The notes under the pieces are model-generated. The model searched no databases, had not been told where the DNA came from, and worked only from the letters and a program-made list of their open reading frames with translations. A stretch of 64,000 nucleotides of DNA from assembly GCA_949358305.1 (NCBI GenBank), contig OX442314.1:28706001-28770000 (forward strand), written 5' to 3'. Shown one piece after another: positions 15,301 through 26,964 of this stretch; position 1 is the stretch's first letter, and every line of letters starts with the position of its first letter. The translations under genes were made by a program, and so were the position numbers. The DNA is from Strigamia acuminata. Lineage: Eukaryota.

Positions 15301-18300
15301 TTCACAAACTCCCTCCCAACTCAGTTGCCACGTCAAAACACTTAAAAAAAACCTCTCAGAATGCACACCTTTAATGTATAAATTTACTTTCCAGAACCTC
15401 TTTACAAGCTAACAATCTATTTAAAGAACCTTCAAACAACCTTTAAAACCTTTTCAAACCCAATAAATCTTAATCCTACCTGCTCGATTCATACTTTTCC
15501 TCCGATTTCTGATACTGCCCACTCTTATCTGACATCCTAATCCTCTCTGACCGTTCATCCCTTTCCGACACATCGCTCCTTTGGTATCTACTCGACAAAC
15601 TCCCTTCGAAATCGCTTTCCCTAATCGAACTTGAAATGCTGCTCTTTCTCGAACTGGACACGTCTTGTACGATGCTACTGCGCCTTTCCGAACTACCGTG
15701 CACGTCCGACGAATACTTGGACGATGTCACGCTCGATTTGCGAGAATATTTGCTTTCGGACGAGCCGTACATCGTATATTTTTCTGATTTAGTCAATTAA
15801 TCCAGTGAATTTTCGAGCTCAGGCAAAACCACCCGTCATCCTCTGGCAACACGGCGGAAATATATGTAAACGTTTAAGGATTGCGGCCAAAATTGGAGCA
15901 AAAGATGCCAAAAATGAGTCACAATTTGACAGTGACTTTGTTGGCTTAAAATTCAAGTACTTGCAGGTATATTTAGATCGAGTGAAAACAAAAGGCGGAC
16001 GAGAGATTTAAATGGCTGAAAATAAATTCCATTGTGCTCTGACGGTCTTTCGGCGTATATGGAGGCGGATTTGAATGTCAATCTCCAAATACAGCAAAAA
16101 GTATGAATTTTGGGCCCATGTTGTCGCCGTTGTTCGTTCGATTTATTATAAACTTGAAAAACCCCATTTAATCTCGAACAATCCGCGGGTCCGTGACACA
16201 TTGAGATAGAAAAAACCGATCTAACATCAAAAATGGCGTCCGATTTAGACAGTGCGCATGCGCACGACATTTAAACAATAAAAGATGTTTAACTGCGAGT
16301 TAAATATGATCGTATTCCAAAAAAGACGTTGTAAACAAACTAAAATTAACTGGAAATTTGACAATTTTCTCAATTGTTTATTCAATCCGCAAGGCTGTGA
16401 TTGGCCCAATGGAGCAATGACATCACAAGCGATGGATGCTGACGTAATGTAAACTTCATGGTCGAGGATCAAGGTCATCGCCATTGGAATTCTGTGACGT
16501 AAATAGTGACAACTATCTGATTGGCTGCATTCAGGGCCCGATTTAGACACAACAAAAAGAAGACTGCCACAAATATGGGTCCTTTTATATACAATAAAAT
16601 GCAATTTTAAATGCAAATTTTAAAAAAAACATGACAACAATTTCTTGGACTATGTCATGTTTCCACAATATTACGGGCGTTTTGCGCACTGCCATTTGCA
16701 ATGTAACCATTTGTGCCATTTGTGCCGCGGCACTAAAATGGAATCTAGTACAGTGTACTCTGCACGGATCAGACAAAAAACAGTCTTGGCAGCTGTGTGG
16801 TCTGGAAGGGTTTGCTGGACCCAACCTATACCCAGCAACGTTCATTTCGTCGCCGATAATATTCGAATACAACACCATGGTTAGGGCTGCTATTTTTGCG
16901 GACTTAAAACAGTGAAATTGCGGGTGGAAAGCGGCTTTAAAAACCACCATTTTGTGGACTTATTGCGGACCTATTGCGGGCTCATCCCGGGAGTCAAAGT
17001 ATCAAATTCTTAAAAAACAATGGCATTAAAGTGGATGACGTTCGTGAACTCAATATTCTCGATAGTAAAGCTCAGTCTTTGATCTGACAAGATGTGTTTG
17101 TATTGCAAAAACGATCTCTCGACTTCGACGGACGTTAATACGTGCGTATTACGCGAAGCAATACGCACGTTTTTGCAACACACCCACCAATATTGGCCAA
17201 TTGCGGATTGTCCGCAAAATTGCGGTATTACGATCCAATTGCAGAAATTGCGGACTAAAAAATACCGTACCTCCAATTGCAAAAATTTTGGTGTTAAAAT
17301 GATCCATTTGCATTATCCACACTTATGGAAACATTTTGGTCCAAATTTATTTTCCGCAAAAATAGCAGCCCTAACCATGGTCTTATTTTCGGGTGAAGAC
17401 GGTAGTCCAGTCCGGACAGAATACACGGTACAAACAAAAATGATGTATTCTTGGGTTTGACCATGTACAAGCTTAATAATTGGGAGAGAAAGAAAATGAA
17501 ATTTCAGGGTTGGCCCTGCTAGTAATATCATTACTCAATCTATTCGAAGACATTGCAGCTTGTCAGATTCTACAATTTTTGATTTTTCTTCAATTTTTTC
17601 TTTCCAACTTTTGCCAATTGTGTAATTTTGTTTACCAAACTGTTCGACCAAAATAAAAACCAGAAAATATTGAAGAATCACATGACCAACTAGTCATGTG
17701 CATCAATGTATCTAAAGTTGATAACATAAATTAAACATGAATCAGTTTTCCTTTTTGGTACATCCTGAGATTAATTTTGGAAGCATTTGTGGGTCTATTT
17801 CCAAACTCGTCAGCTAAACATAGCTACTTAAATTGCATAACATCATTCCCAAGTGGAAGTGATAGCAGATATGGTTTCATTTTGGGATTCACCAACTACA
17901 ATCATCACAGGTCATTGTTCTTTTGTCTTCAGAGTGAATGAATTCTTGTAAACAATATCTGCCAAATGCATTTTTTGGACCCTTTTGTGCCAGTTGGAAG
18001 TGTGACAAACACAAATTAACTGATACAAAACGAGTTTCCAGGATTGTCATTTCAACAAATTTGGCATTTAACACCTCTGCCTGTATAAATACTGTGCATG
18101 ACTTGTGTTGGAAGAATGTTCCATACAAAGAGTGCTGCATTCACCACAATGCAGTGTCATGCACTCTTCAAAATACTTTAAAATGTTCTTCATGTTGCCA
18201 TTTTTGTTCCAAGTCAAAATAACCCCGGTTTTAGCTTTTTCAAAGCGATGTTTCCACATACCCACTTAAATTTACTATCACTCTAAGCTTATGAGTATAT

Positions 18301-19984
18301 CATCACACTTCTTTTACCCAAAATAGCAATGGGCTTAACTCTAATACACTTACTCGATTCAATCATCCCCCATCTTTGACTCATTTACCTTCCAAACATG
18401 ACTCAAAATCACCAAACTCAAAAACCCCCAAGAAAACTTTTTTACTTCCCGAATACTTAAAACCTCCTTAACCCTTTCACTTTCTGATATTTTTAGCATG
18501 CACAGACTTTCAGTGTCAAACCCAACGTAGATTTACAGGTTTGACAGTGAAAGGGTTAAAATACATTAACTATTACATGTATGTATTTATTTGTAACGGC
18601 GACTCATCTATGGACAAAGGGCCGCACATTAACTGTTACAGTCGAAACTCTTTATAACGAATCGCGATATAACGAATTATTGATATAACGAATACCTAGA
18701 AATGGCTGGTTTGGTTGGCTGGCCAAAGAACACCATGTTAAAAAATTTCGATATAATGAATTCTCGTTATAACAAATCGATTTTTCGGATCCCAACGTTA
18801 TTAAGAGTTTCGAATGTATTATTATTTCTAAAAATCATGTATTTGTAGTGAACAATTCTTTTTTTTTATTGGTGTAACAGGATTGGATTGTATTTGATTT
18901 TTTTTTTGAAAAGTAAATATTAATGTACTTACCGATCTTTAGGTTCGTCAGCAGCTGAAAATAGAGAAATCCAATAAGATTAGTGTGAAGTTTATATCTT
19001 TCTTAACCAAATCATGTATTATTAGAAGCATTTAAATATTTAAGATTTTTTTGTTTACTTTTTCAAATTGGTTACATATTTGACAGAGTGCCAATAAATG
19101 CGAGCAAGCTATAAGGAAGTGAAAAATAAACAATAAAGTTAAATGTAAATTGCCACTTCTATGTTTGACTTCAAGACTTTAATTTGAACACTAAGGACAT
19201 TTCTAGTAATGGGCATTTGTCAAAATTACCCCACCCTATTAAAAATACAGACCTTGAAGTTATCAAAATTTAACATATTTTTAAAAATTGATTATATTTT
19301 ATTTTAAAAAACTGTGAGGTATTGACTTGGAATTTCCTGTCTGATAGATTTTCCAGCTTAATTAGTTCAGCTTTTCAGTATTTCCTAAAAGTGCTTTTGC
19401 TTGTGGCATAGTGCCATCTGCTCACACCAGACTGCGCCTGTGAATTTTATGCTTTACAGTCATTATACTCGTGATTTCAATTTTTACTGAGAATCAAGAG
19501 AAACTGCAGCAAAACCACACGGCCATTCTTATGGGAACGACGGCTCGGTTTTATTCGCACTAATTAAATCAGAAGTGGTTCCTTAGATCGTAAAAATCCT
19601 ATTTGGATAACTACCGCAATTATACATCCATCTTAACGCCCCGCCACACAAAAATCAATATTTCTACTTACGACTAAAATTTAAATTGATAGAAGCAGAA
19701 ACTTCTCCCAGCTTGTTCTTAGCCATAACTTTGTACATTCCGGCATCAGTTTCGATGACATTGTCAATTTCAAGAACCACCATGTATTTCCGCGGCTCTA
19801 TCGGCGTCATCCGAAAGACCGTCCTCGAGTTCTCTGACAACTTCACATCTCCTCTGAACCATTGGATCTCTGGCAATGGATGAGCCAATAGTGAACATTC
19901 AAACAAAAGTTTATTTCCTTCATCTTCCTGACGAAGTTGAGGCTTCTGCGTAAAACTTGGCGGCAGATCCTCGTTAATCCCCAT
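337..19984 (-). CDS. bt: Projectin/twitchin (titin-family muscle protein), N-terminal Ig1-Ig7 region; 3' part probably outside window
   Basis: Phase-consistent GT-AG exons: 19672-19984 (MGINEDLPPSFTQKPQLRQED...SASINLNFS), 18933-18954 (22-nt microexon PADEPKDR), 9676-9838, 5858-6002, 4063-4198, 3789-3998, 3522-3732, 2036-2126, 1756-1970, 781-1186, 416-715, 337-355 (19-nt microexon). Seven I-set Ig domains ending in the xNLNF/xNLNI pattern, in the order recalled for the N-terminus of Drosophila projectin and nematode twitchin. Confidence 0.92.
1282..1342. repeat. Interspersed repeat core (copy 1; inverted copy at ~4549-4608)
   Basis: GGCTGGACTGAGTACAAATTTAGTAGCGGGAAATCTGGATGGG..GGCCACAGGGACAGG is near-identical to the reverse complement of 4549-4608. 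Confidence 0.7.
2558..2961. mobile_element. Tc1/pogo-type MITE
   Basis: Terminal inverted repeats CCGTATTACCTCACAT / ATGTGAGGTAATACGG flanked by TA on both sides; no ORF. Confidence 0.8.
4272..4321 (-). mobile_element. 5'-truncated non-LTR retroposon (SINE/LINE) 3' end
   Basis: ~50-bp sequence repeated at 18578-18625; minus-strand tail AAATAAATACATACA; flanked by 15-bp direct repeats GAGC(G/A)GTGATGAACA (4257-4271, 4322-4336). Confidence 0.65.
5347..5656. mobile_element. PIF/Harbinger-type MITE nested in an older MITE (~5275-5723)
   Basis: TIRs GGGGCCGTCCATAAATTACGTAAC / GTTACGTAATTTATGAACGGCCCC with TTA target duplication; outer TIRs GGCTAGTTCAC..GCATGCGTT / AACGCATGC..GTGAACTAGGC. Confidence 0.8.
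6760..7021. mobile_element. Fold-back MITE
   Basis: Long terminal inverted arms CTAAATTCGTA..TGCGCAGACGATTTTCTAATTCCAGTTG / CAACTGGAATTAGAAAATCGTCTGCGCA..TACGAATTTAG. Confidence 0.75.
10108..10118 (-). CDS. bt: Candidate alternative first coding exon of projectin (MANR)
   Basis: ATG GCG AAT AG|GTAAAAG; the phase-2 donor matches the phase-2 acceptor of the Ig2 exon at 9838. Confidence 0.5.
10630..11385. repeat. Tandem repeat, 30-bp unit of three 10-bp T-tract subunits
   Basis: (AATTTTGCGA TTTTTCTGTA ATTTTCAGAT)n with variants and a higher-order duplication. Confidence 0.95.
13406..13695. mobile_element. hAT-type MITE
   Basis: Ends ..GGGTTCCCAAAC / GTTTGGGAAACGCTG; 8-bp target duplication TTCTAGGC (13398-13405, 13696-13703). 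Confidence 0.75.
14163..14264. repeat. Tandem repeat, 21-bp unit
   Basis: (TTTTTATTTTGCATATTTTTA) ~5 copies. Confidence 0.9.
15480..15772 (-). CDS. bt: Candidate alternative first coding exon of projectin (Ser/Arg/Glu-rich, ~98 aa, MYGSSESKYSRKSS...)
   Basis: GC-richer open frame inside AT-rich intron, ATG at 15772, ends GAA TCG AGC AG|GTAGG (phase 2), compatible with the Ig2 exon acceptor at 9838. Confidence 0.7.
16253..16264. promoter_or_regulatory. Perfect NRF1/Ewg-type palindrome TGCGCATGCGCA
   Basis: Exact 12-bp consensus ~480 bp upstream (minus strand) of the candidate alternative projectin ATG at 15772. Confidence 0.35.
16882..17373. mobile_element. hAT-type MITE
   Basis: Perfect TIRs TAGGGCTGCTATTTTTGCGGA / TCCGCAAAAATAGCAGCCCTA; 8-bp target duplication ACCATGGT. 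Confidence 0.9.
18472..18555. mobile_element. Tiny piggyBac-type MITE
   Basis: CCCTTTCACT / AGTGAAAGGG termini flanked by TTAA on both sides. Confidence 0.7.
18578..18625 (-). mobile_element. 5'-truncated non-LTR retroposon 3' end (copy 2)
   Basis: Near-identical to 4272-4319; flanked by the direct repeat ACATTAACT(A/G)TTA. Confidence 0.65.
18639..18816. mobile_element. pogo/Tigger-type MITE
   Basis: CAGTCGAAACTCTTTATAACG / CGTTATTAAGAGTTTCGAATG termini, TA flanks, internal ATAACGAA repeats. Confidence 0.75.
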
Positions 19985-21319
19985 CTTCTGTCTGTAGTGG
20001 CTCTATTCAAACATCCTCTTTGAAGATAATCATCTGTAAAATATAAAATAAAAGATAAAAATAAAATAAAAATATTTTATAGTGTTTCAGCAGTTCAATG
20101 ACCAAACCCTTAATTCCACTTAAATAAAACTTTATAAACACATCAACCTGGTTGTTTGGCCAAAATAAAGCTACAAACAATGCAAATCATGTCCACATCA
20201 TGTGAATTAACAGCTCATTTTGCAAACTAGAACAATAAAAAAAAAGAAAAAGAAAAAAAGAAAAAAATTATAGCAGCATATCTTTCAGCATCCAAAAACA
20301 ACATGCAGAATAGCAGCCTTATTTAGCATGCCAAAATATAGGTCAATTATTTTTTTAACACTTCAAATTCAGAGCAACAACCTCACAAACATGTACAATG
20401 TGCTGTTGTTTATGAAAATGGAGTTCACGTGGAAGCTGTAAACCCTCGAAAAAAATTGTTTAGATAATTCGACCTAAGTTATGGTGTCAAAGTAGCTCCA
20501 AACCACTTTCAGTTAACACTGGGAACAAAGCCCAAGATCTTGAATCCAACTTCGAACTAATTCTGGCAGATTTTCAGGACTTATGGCCTGTCACAAAGGT
20601 GTCTTCGGCTCTTCGCAGTTATTTTCAAATTGGAAGGATTGACAAATTGAGAGCCCTCTTTTGATTAATTAACGTACCACTGCAACACCACAATTAGCCT
20701 GATATTTTTTACCATCCACGACTGGCCACAACCATAATTAAACAATTTAAACAGGAGGCGCATTCACAAATGCATGTTTAACATTCCCCAATTGCCACTG
20801 AAAACGGACCATTTTTAAGTCAGATCAAGACGAGCAGTTTAAATGTTGTTCAAAATGCTGTTTAGTCTAAATTACTTTATGAATGCGCCTAATCTTTTTT
20901 TCTGACAGTGTTTTTGTCAACTAGGCACACAACACTACTCGTTCCGGTTTGTTCCTGCATATATCTGGTCACCCTTCCCTAGTGGCTGCTTTTTGTATTA
21001 ATTATATTTTTTTTTACATCCCTAGAGATGATTATTTCCTGTTCAGCAGTCTAAAATAAGCCTACCTAAGCAGTAAATATAGCTGCATACTATTAAAACA
21101 GTCACCCACTTTCCGAGGAAATATAAGAATTAAAATTACCAAACAAAAAATAAATGCTTTCCCGACCTTTAAGGCCCTAACTTGAAAATAGTCACGTGAT
21201 TCGTTCCTTTTTGGAAAGTGAAACTTTTAGCTCGCAATAAATATCCTCAATTAAACCGTCACTCGAGACCAAAATTAAAACACCACCAGATTCTTTTATT
21301 TATTCTAATTCAAACTTAC

Positions 21320-22040
21320 CTGATTAAAACGAAACGAACGCGAAATAATTCAATAACCTTTCTCCATTTCACGTTTCCGCACTCGTGCGCTCCGTGATTA
21401 GTTCTCCCAGTAGAACTGCAAGTCGTCTAGCAGCAGGAACGAACCGGCGACAAGAATTTTGGCACCTCACATTGTTTAGTTTTAATTAAAAGCGAAGGAT
21501 ACGTGTTTCAATGTCAAAAAAAAAATTCAATCAAACCATTTAAATTCGGGGCCCGAAAAATTTAAAACAAAAACTATCATTCTGCGGGGCCTAAAAACTA
21601 AAACCTACGAGAATAGATCACAGCCACACAATAAACTGGCCTTGTCACTCCGTCCCGAAAATCTCTCTTTTTTAATAGTTTTTAATAGTTCAACTTTAAG
21701 ATCCATGAAAATAAACTACACACAAGGACAAGCTTGTGTAAAAAAGCCAAAATTAATCTCAATGTGCACTCATTTTAAATTTAGGCAGGTGTTATATGGT
21801 GCACGCCTTTCCAATCATTTCGGGCCAGTCCCAAGCGGGTCGTGTGCAAAAATTAAAGCGGGAGTGTAGAGTTCTTGTTCATAGTTGGCATGCATAATAG
21901 AATTACGAAAGAAAAGATGCATAAAGCGGGAAAAAAATCGGGGCTTTAAAGGAATAAACTACTTACCTTTAACTAGGATAACTTCGGGACAAACTTGCAC
22001 ACGGCCAACGTCGGAGACAGGCGCTATGGCTAAAAATAGT
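21320..22040 (-). other. Probable non-coding 5' leader exon(s) of projectin
   Basis: Strong minus-strand donors CAG|GTAAGT at 21320 and AAG|GTAAGT at 21967, upstream of the acceptor (TTTACAG|, exon start 20033) of the ATG-containing exon; 5' ends not determinable. Confidence 0.45.
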
Positions 22041-22629
22041 GCGCGAGGAATTTAACAAGAGCGCCGATGTTGAAATTTAATACGCCAATTCCTTATAAGT
22101 CATTGGAGATGGGGTTGCCAAAGAAATTAGTGGGAAATGGTTAATTAAGAAATTAATGCGGGAAAATTTGTTGATTTTTGTTTCGTGGGATTTCGGTTGA
22201 ATGTTTTTGTTGTTGATGGGGAATTTTTAATGGAAATTTAAAAGAAAAAGTTTTTGAAAATGTTTTGGCGTGATTTTGTGTGTTTTGGTGATGGAAATAA
22301 TAAAAATAAAAATGTGGATGATGATTTGTTACGGGATTAGTTAGTTTTTGATGGTTTTAATAATGCCTCCAAACAACAGCGCCGCCTAGCGAAATTAAAA
22401 CTAAACTCCATATATCAGAGAGCGCCAATATAGTATCCAGAGTAAGGGATTATGGTATATAAAACTGCATCGATACCACAACGATGCCATTACTATTACA
22501 TTGTGTGTTGAGTTTGACTAAAACAAATCGCCTCTTATTTTTCCTTACAACACCCATCCGAGTCCAAAATTTGAAGTGTCATTTATGTCTGACTGGAGAA
22601 CATAAAAGCCCATGTGCGGCAATATGAAT

Positions 22630-22960
22630 TATTTTAATAGAAAATGGAATTTTTTGAGAGAAAATGTATTTTTTCTGGAAAAAAAAGCAATTTTTTGAGA
22701 GAAAATGTAATTTTTTTGTGATACAATGCATTTTATTGTGATAAAATGTGATTTTTGGATCAAAATGTAATTTTTTGTGAGAAAATGCAATTTTTTGTGA
22801 GAAAATGCAATTTTTTGTGAGAAAATGCAATTTTTTGTGAGAAAATGCAATTTTTTCCAGCTGAATTTATGTTTATCTCCCATAAAAATGCATTTTTCCA
22901 GCTAAAAATTGAGTTTATTTCCCATAAAAATGCATTTTTCCACCTGCAAATGCAATTTTT
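22630..22960. repeat. Tandem repeat, 20-bp unit, just 3' of SNRNP35
   Basis: (GAGAAAATGCAATTTTTTGT)n core at ~22760-22860 with degenerate flanks. Confidence 0.9.
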
Positions 22961-23033
22961 TCGCTTCCAACACATTAAATAAAAAATATTTTTATTATTC
23001 AAACATTTATATTGTCGACGGATACACACACAA

Positions 23034-23790
23034 TCAGTATCGTCTTCTATCGTATCCACCACCACCATCGGACGTTCTAAACCGCTTGTTCTTGTCAAAA
23101 TAACTTTTATCATCATTAAATTTCCTGCGAAAATCACCATCACCTTTCGGCAACACAATAGGTTTCCTAAAAGGTCTATCCCGGCCACCAAACCTCAACT
23201 GGCCCGACTCTTTTCTCCCACCAAAACCACCACCTAGCCTTCGTGGAACCCAACCACGCAACGTTCTTTCGCATTCGTAATCAACGAAAACCTCATTTCC
23301 GTCTATGTACATCTTATTCCCGTCTTTGTAGCCCCGTTCTGCCGATCTTTCGTCCTCAAATTCCACGAATCCGTAACATTTTGAACATCCCGTCACTAAA
23401 TCCTCGATCAAACGAGTTCGTTTCACCTCCCCGAATTGTGAAAAAGCCTTAAAAAAAAGATCCAAATAAAAAATTAGATGTCAATTAATTACGGCGCTCT
23501 ATTTCATGTTTTAACGAACTTTACGCAAACTGCCATCGTTGGTTTTTGGATTTAACCTTGCGACGAATAACGTGCATTCGGCATCACCGATAACTTTTTT
23601 ATTCGTATGATACGACGCCTGAAAAAATAAAAAAAATGAAATAAAACCATTCAAATTTTCACAAACGAAATTTCATATTTACCAAAATGGCGCGCTCGAT
23701 TCCATTATCGTGCGGCCTTGTATCAGTACCGTCGATACTTCCAGCTTTTAACGGATCGTATTCACGCGCAATAGGTGTCCAATCGGACAT
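23034..23790 (-). CDS. SNRNP35: U11/U12 snRNP 35 kDa protein
   Basis: Exons 23683-23790 ([23 protein letters not shown]..), 23520-23618 ([13 protein letters not shown]), 23034-23447 ([49 protein letters not shown]), diagnostic of SNRNP35. Confidence 0.95.
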
Positions 23791-24056
23791 TTTCCGTCCA
23801 ACATGCAAACCCTATCTACCAAAATCGGACATCCGCACAAATTAAGCCTCAAAAACCGATTTCTTAAAGACAAGCGGCGCCATCTAACGAGCGATTTTGA
23901 AACCACAACCATCAACAAACAAATCCAAAATGGCGATAAACACTCTAAAAAATCTCTCGAAAAAATCGTTAAATCTAAATAATAAAACATAAAAAAGTTA
24001 TTTACAAATTTTATTAATCTATTTACAAGTTAAAAAACACAAGTCACTTATAAATT

Positions 24057-26368
24057 CTACTTATATCTCTTTTCGTTGTACTTTTTCTCCGCTTTTTTCT
24101 TCATAATTTGCAATCGTTTGTCGGCAGACAGCGCTGACGTGGTGCTTTTACTGGCACTCCCATTGGCCGAACTGACCGGGGTCAATTTCGGAGGGTTAGA
24201 GGCCGTCCTCGAAGTACCCGCGCCGTTATTCCCTCCTGTTTTGATACTGTTGGATAAATTTGTAAATACCAAATCGCGCTTCATCGCGGCCGGGGTGCTC
24301 GAACTACCTTTCGACACATTCGGCAATTTCGCGTTCAAATTGATCGACGTCGTCTTGCTGGCACCGACGGGCGGCGTCGTTTTGCCCGACAAGTTTTTGC
24401 CGTTCAAACTGGCGGCCAGTCCGGCCAGTCCCGTGGGTTTGTTGCCCGGGTTCGTGCTGCGAGTGTTCGGGGTGGCGGCCACTGCGGGCGGTTTCACTTC
24501 GCTTCGTTTGAACAGCTGCGGGACCGGTTGCGGCGGCGGCGTCTCGGTTTTTAGTGGTTTGTTGATGACGATTTCTTTCGGGGTTGTTGCTGGTGACATT
24601 TTACCGCTTTTCTGCGTTTTGGTTGTCTGCAAAAGGAAGTTATGGATGATTATTAATACGTAGAATGGAGGTTTGGTCATCGATTAGGTGGTTTGTGGAT
24701 GGTTATTGCTCGAGTTTGGTTTTAGGATTTCGTCTTTTTAACGTCCATTTAGAAGTTAATGTAGAAATTTCGCATTTTAAACGTTGATATTACAAATTAA
24801 CGTCAACATTTCGCGTTTTAAACGTTGATATTACAAATTAACGTCAACATTTCGCATTTTAAACGTTGATTTTACAAATTAACGTCAACATTTGCCATTT
24901 TAAACGTTGATATTACAAATTAACGTCAACATTTCGCATTTTAAACGTTGATTTTACAAATTAACGTCAACATTTCGCATTTTAAACGTTGATTTTACAA
25001 ATTAACGTCAACATTTCGCATTTTAAACGTTGATATTACAAATTAACGTCAACATTTGCCATTTTAAACGTTGATATTACAAATTAACGTCAACATTTCG
25101 CATTTTAAACGTTGATTTTACAAATTAACGTCAACATTTGCCATTTTAAACGTTGATTTTACAAATTAACGTCAACATTTCGCATTTTTAATGTCGATTT
25201 TACACGAATGTTGGCATTTTTAACGTCAATTTTAGAATACGATGTCGAAATTTCGCATTTTTAACGTCAATTTTAGAATATAATGTCGAAATTTCGCTCA
25301 TTATGATATTAAACGTAGATATTACAACAAAATGTCGAAATTTCGCATATGTTAACGTCGATTTTACAACAAAACCTCCAGATTGCGCATTTTAAAAAGT
25401 TGTTTTCTCAATTTTCCAATGCAATATGACCAGTGGAAACCACCGTTTTTCGTGCTTTACAATTCCAAATCGTACCAATTTCTTAATCGTCTTTGCACAT
25501 TTCGTGCAATACCAAACTAATCTCGGGTCGTTAACGTCTTGATCTGTGATGGGAGGTTTCTGACACTCTTGATGATACAAATTATGACATTCCTGGCACT
25601 CGACCAGCTGATTTCCAGACGTAACTTCGATGCTCCTGCACACCACACATGCCAAGCCTAAGCCCATCACGAAATCCTCCGCGTCCGAATTGGAAAAACC
25701 GGAAATCGGTTCATCCGGTTCCTCTTTCTTCAAATCAATCTTCAATTGCGGTGGCGACGCCTTCGGAGACTCGAAACGGGCCTTCTTCGACTCATGTGGC
25801 GAATCAGGACTTTCCTGCATGAAAAAAAACGATTATTATCGATATTTCAATTTAAAATCGATTTTTAATGCCGATTAGCGATTTCTCATCAAAAATTCGA
25901 GTTTATTGTCTCAAATCCTTGCGGAAAACATCGATAATCAGCTTGGAATTAATAAGTAACACAAATCTCCGGTGATTTCGTTCCACCTTTTCGAAAGCTC
26001 GCTTTTCGGATTTAATTTTGATGTCCGATTTTTTCATGTTCAGAAAATCGACTTCAACCAGATGTTTCGGCGACGGTTTTTTCACAAAAGATAATCCTTT
26101 TATGTTGCTGTCAAGTGCCTAAATGGAAATAAATAAAGGGGAATTTTATATAAAATAATTTAAAATTAATTTTTTGAATTATTTTCTATACTTTTATCGG
26201 GTTATTCGAATTTTGTTTCGGGAGAGGCGCGAAACCCGATAATTTTTGCTGTAAAACATCATCTAACATCTGTTTTAGCTGTTCGGTCGAGTCTTTAGCT
26301 TTGGAGTGGAGAAGTCGAAGTCCACGGACAAATAAAGGATCCAAATCAAATGCTTGTGTCGCGGCCAT
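24057..26368 (-). CDS. INTS12: Integrator complex subunit 12 (PHD finger)
   Basis: Exons 26192-26368 (MAATQAFDLDPLFVRGLRLLHSKAKDSTEQLKQMLDD), ~25987-26118 (donor less certain), 25476-25814 (PHD: CVVC..GNQLVECQECHNLYHQEC..DPRLVWYCTKC), 24057-24626 (low complexity, C-terminal SADKRLQIMKKKA). Confidence 0.93.
24765..25375. repeat. Tandem repeat, 41-bp unit, in INTS12 last intron
   Basis: (TTTTAAACGTTGATATTACAAATTAACGTCAACATTTCGCA) ~10 near-perfect copies, then degenerate. Confidence 0.95.
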
Positions 26369-26964
26369 TTTTCCACTATCTGTCGGGCTGTCAAAACAAG
26401 ATGCGATGCGGTATGCGCATGAGCAGTAGTTACAAACACTGCCGATAGTTTTTAGCATTAATTTGTTATTATTTAAAACTAAAATTATTTATTGTATAAA
26501 ACAGCAAAAAAAAAAAAAAAAATAGAAATGCTAAAGAATGTCTTATCAACAACATCGGAGACAATCTCAACATAAAATAATGTTTTCCATTTTCCAGTAA
26601 AGTTTTATACAGCCAAAATGGCGGCAAACTTTTATTACGTTTCAGAAAATATATACTATTTTCTCAAAAATGAATATTAAACCAAGAAATATTTTCCCAC
26701 AATTTGAAAAAAATATGAACAAAACAAAATAAAACGACCATCAAATCATCTCTATTTCAATCGCATTTATCATTCACCAGAATCGATTCTCCAAAAAACT
26801 CGATAACCGAATAAAAACAATAGAAAAAACTTATCGATAAATCGAAAATAAATCGATACACGAACCATCGATTAATCGCAATTGTTTACCCCGAAAGTAG
26901 CAACGGAATGTTTACAAATTAACCAATTTTTCCCGAAACACGATTAAATAACAAGCGCGGGATA
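26369..26964. promoter_or_regulatory. Bidirectional promoter region INTS12/Hikeshi
   Basis: Head-to-head ATGs ~600 bp apart; DRE TATCGATA at 26832-26839 plus further ATCGAT cores; YY1-like CAAAATGGCGGC near 26614. Confidence 0.6.

Noticed and set aside
22579..22883. ORFs with repeated KKLHFLTKNCIFSQ
   Set aside because: Artefacts of the 20-bp repeat.
24076..24663. 195-aa plus-strand ORF
   Set aside because: Antisense shadow of the GC-rich last exon of INTS12.
24765..25200. Regular 41-bp partly palindromic repeats resembling a CRISPR array
   Set aside because: Units are directly adjacent with no unique spacers, lie in a eukaryotic intron, and there are no cas genes.
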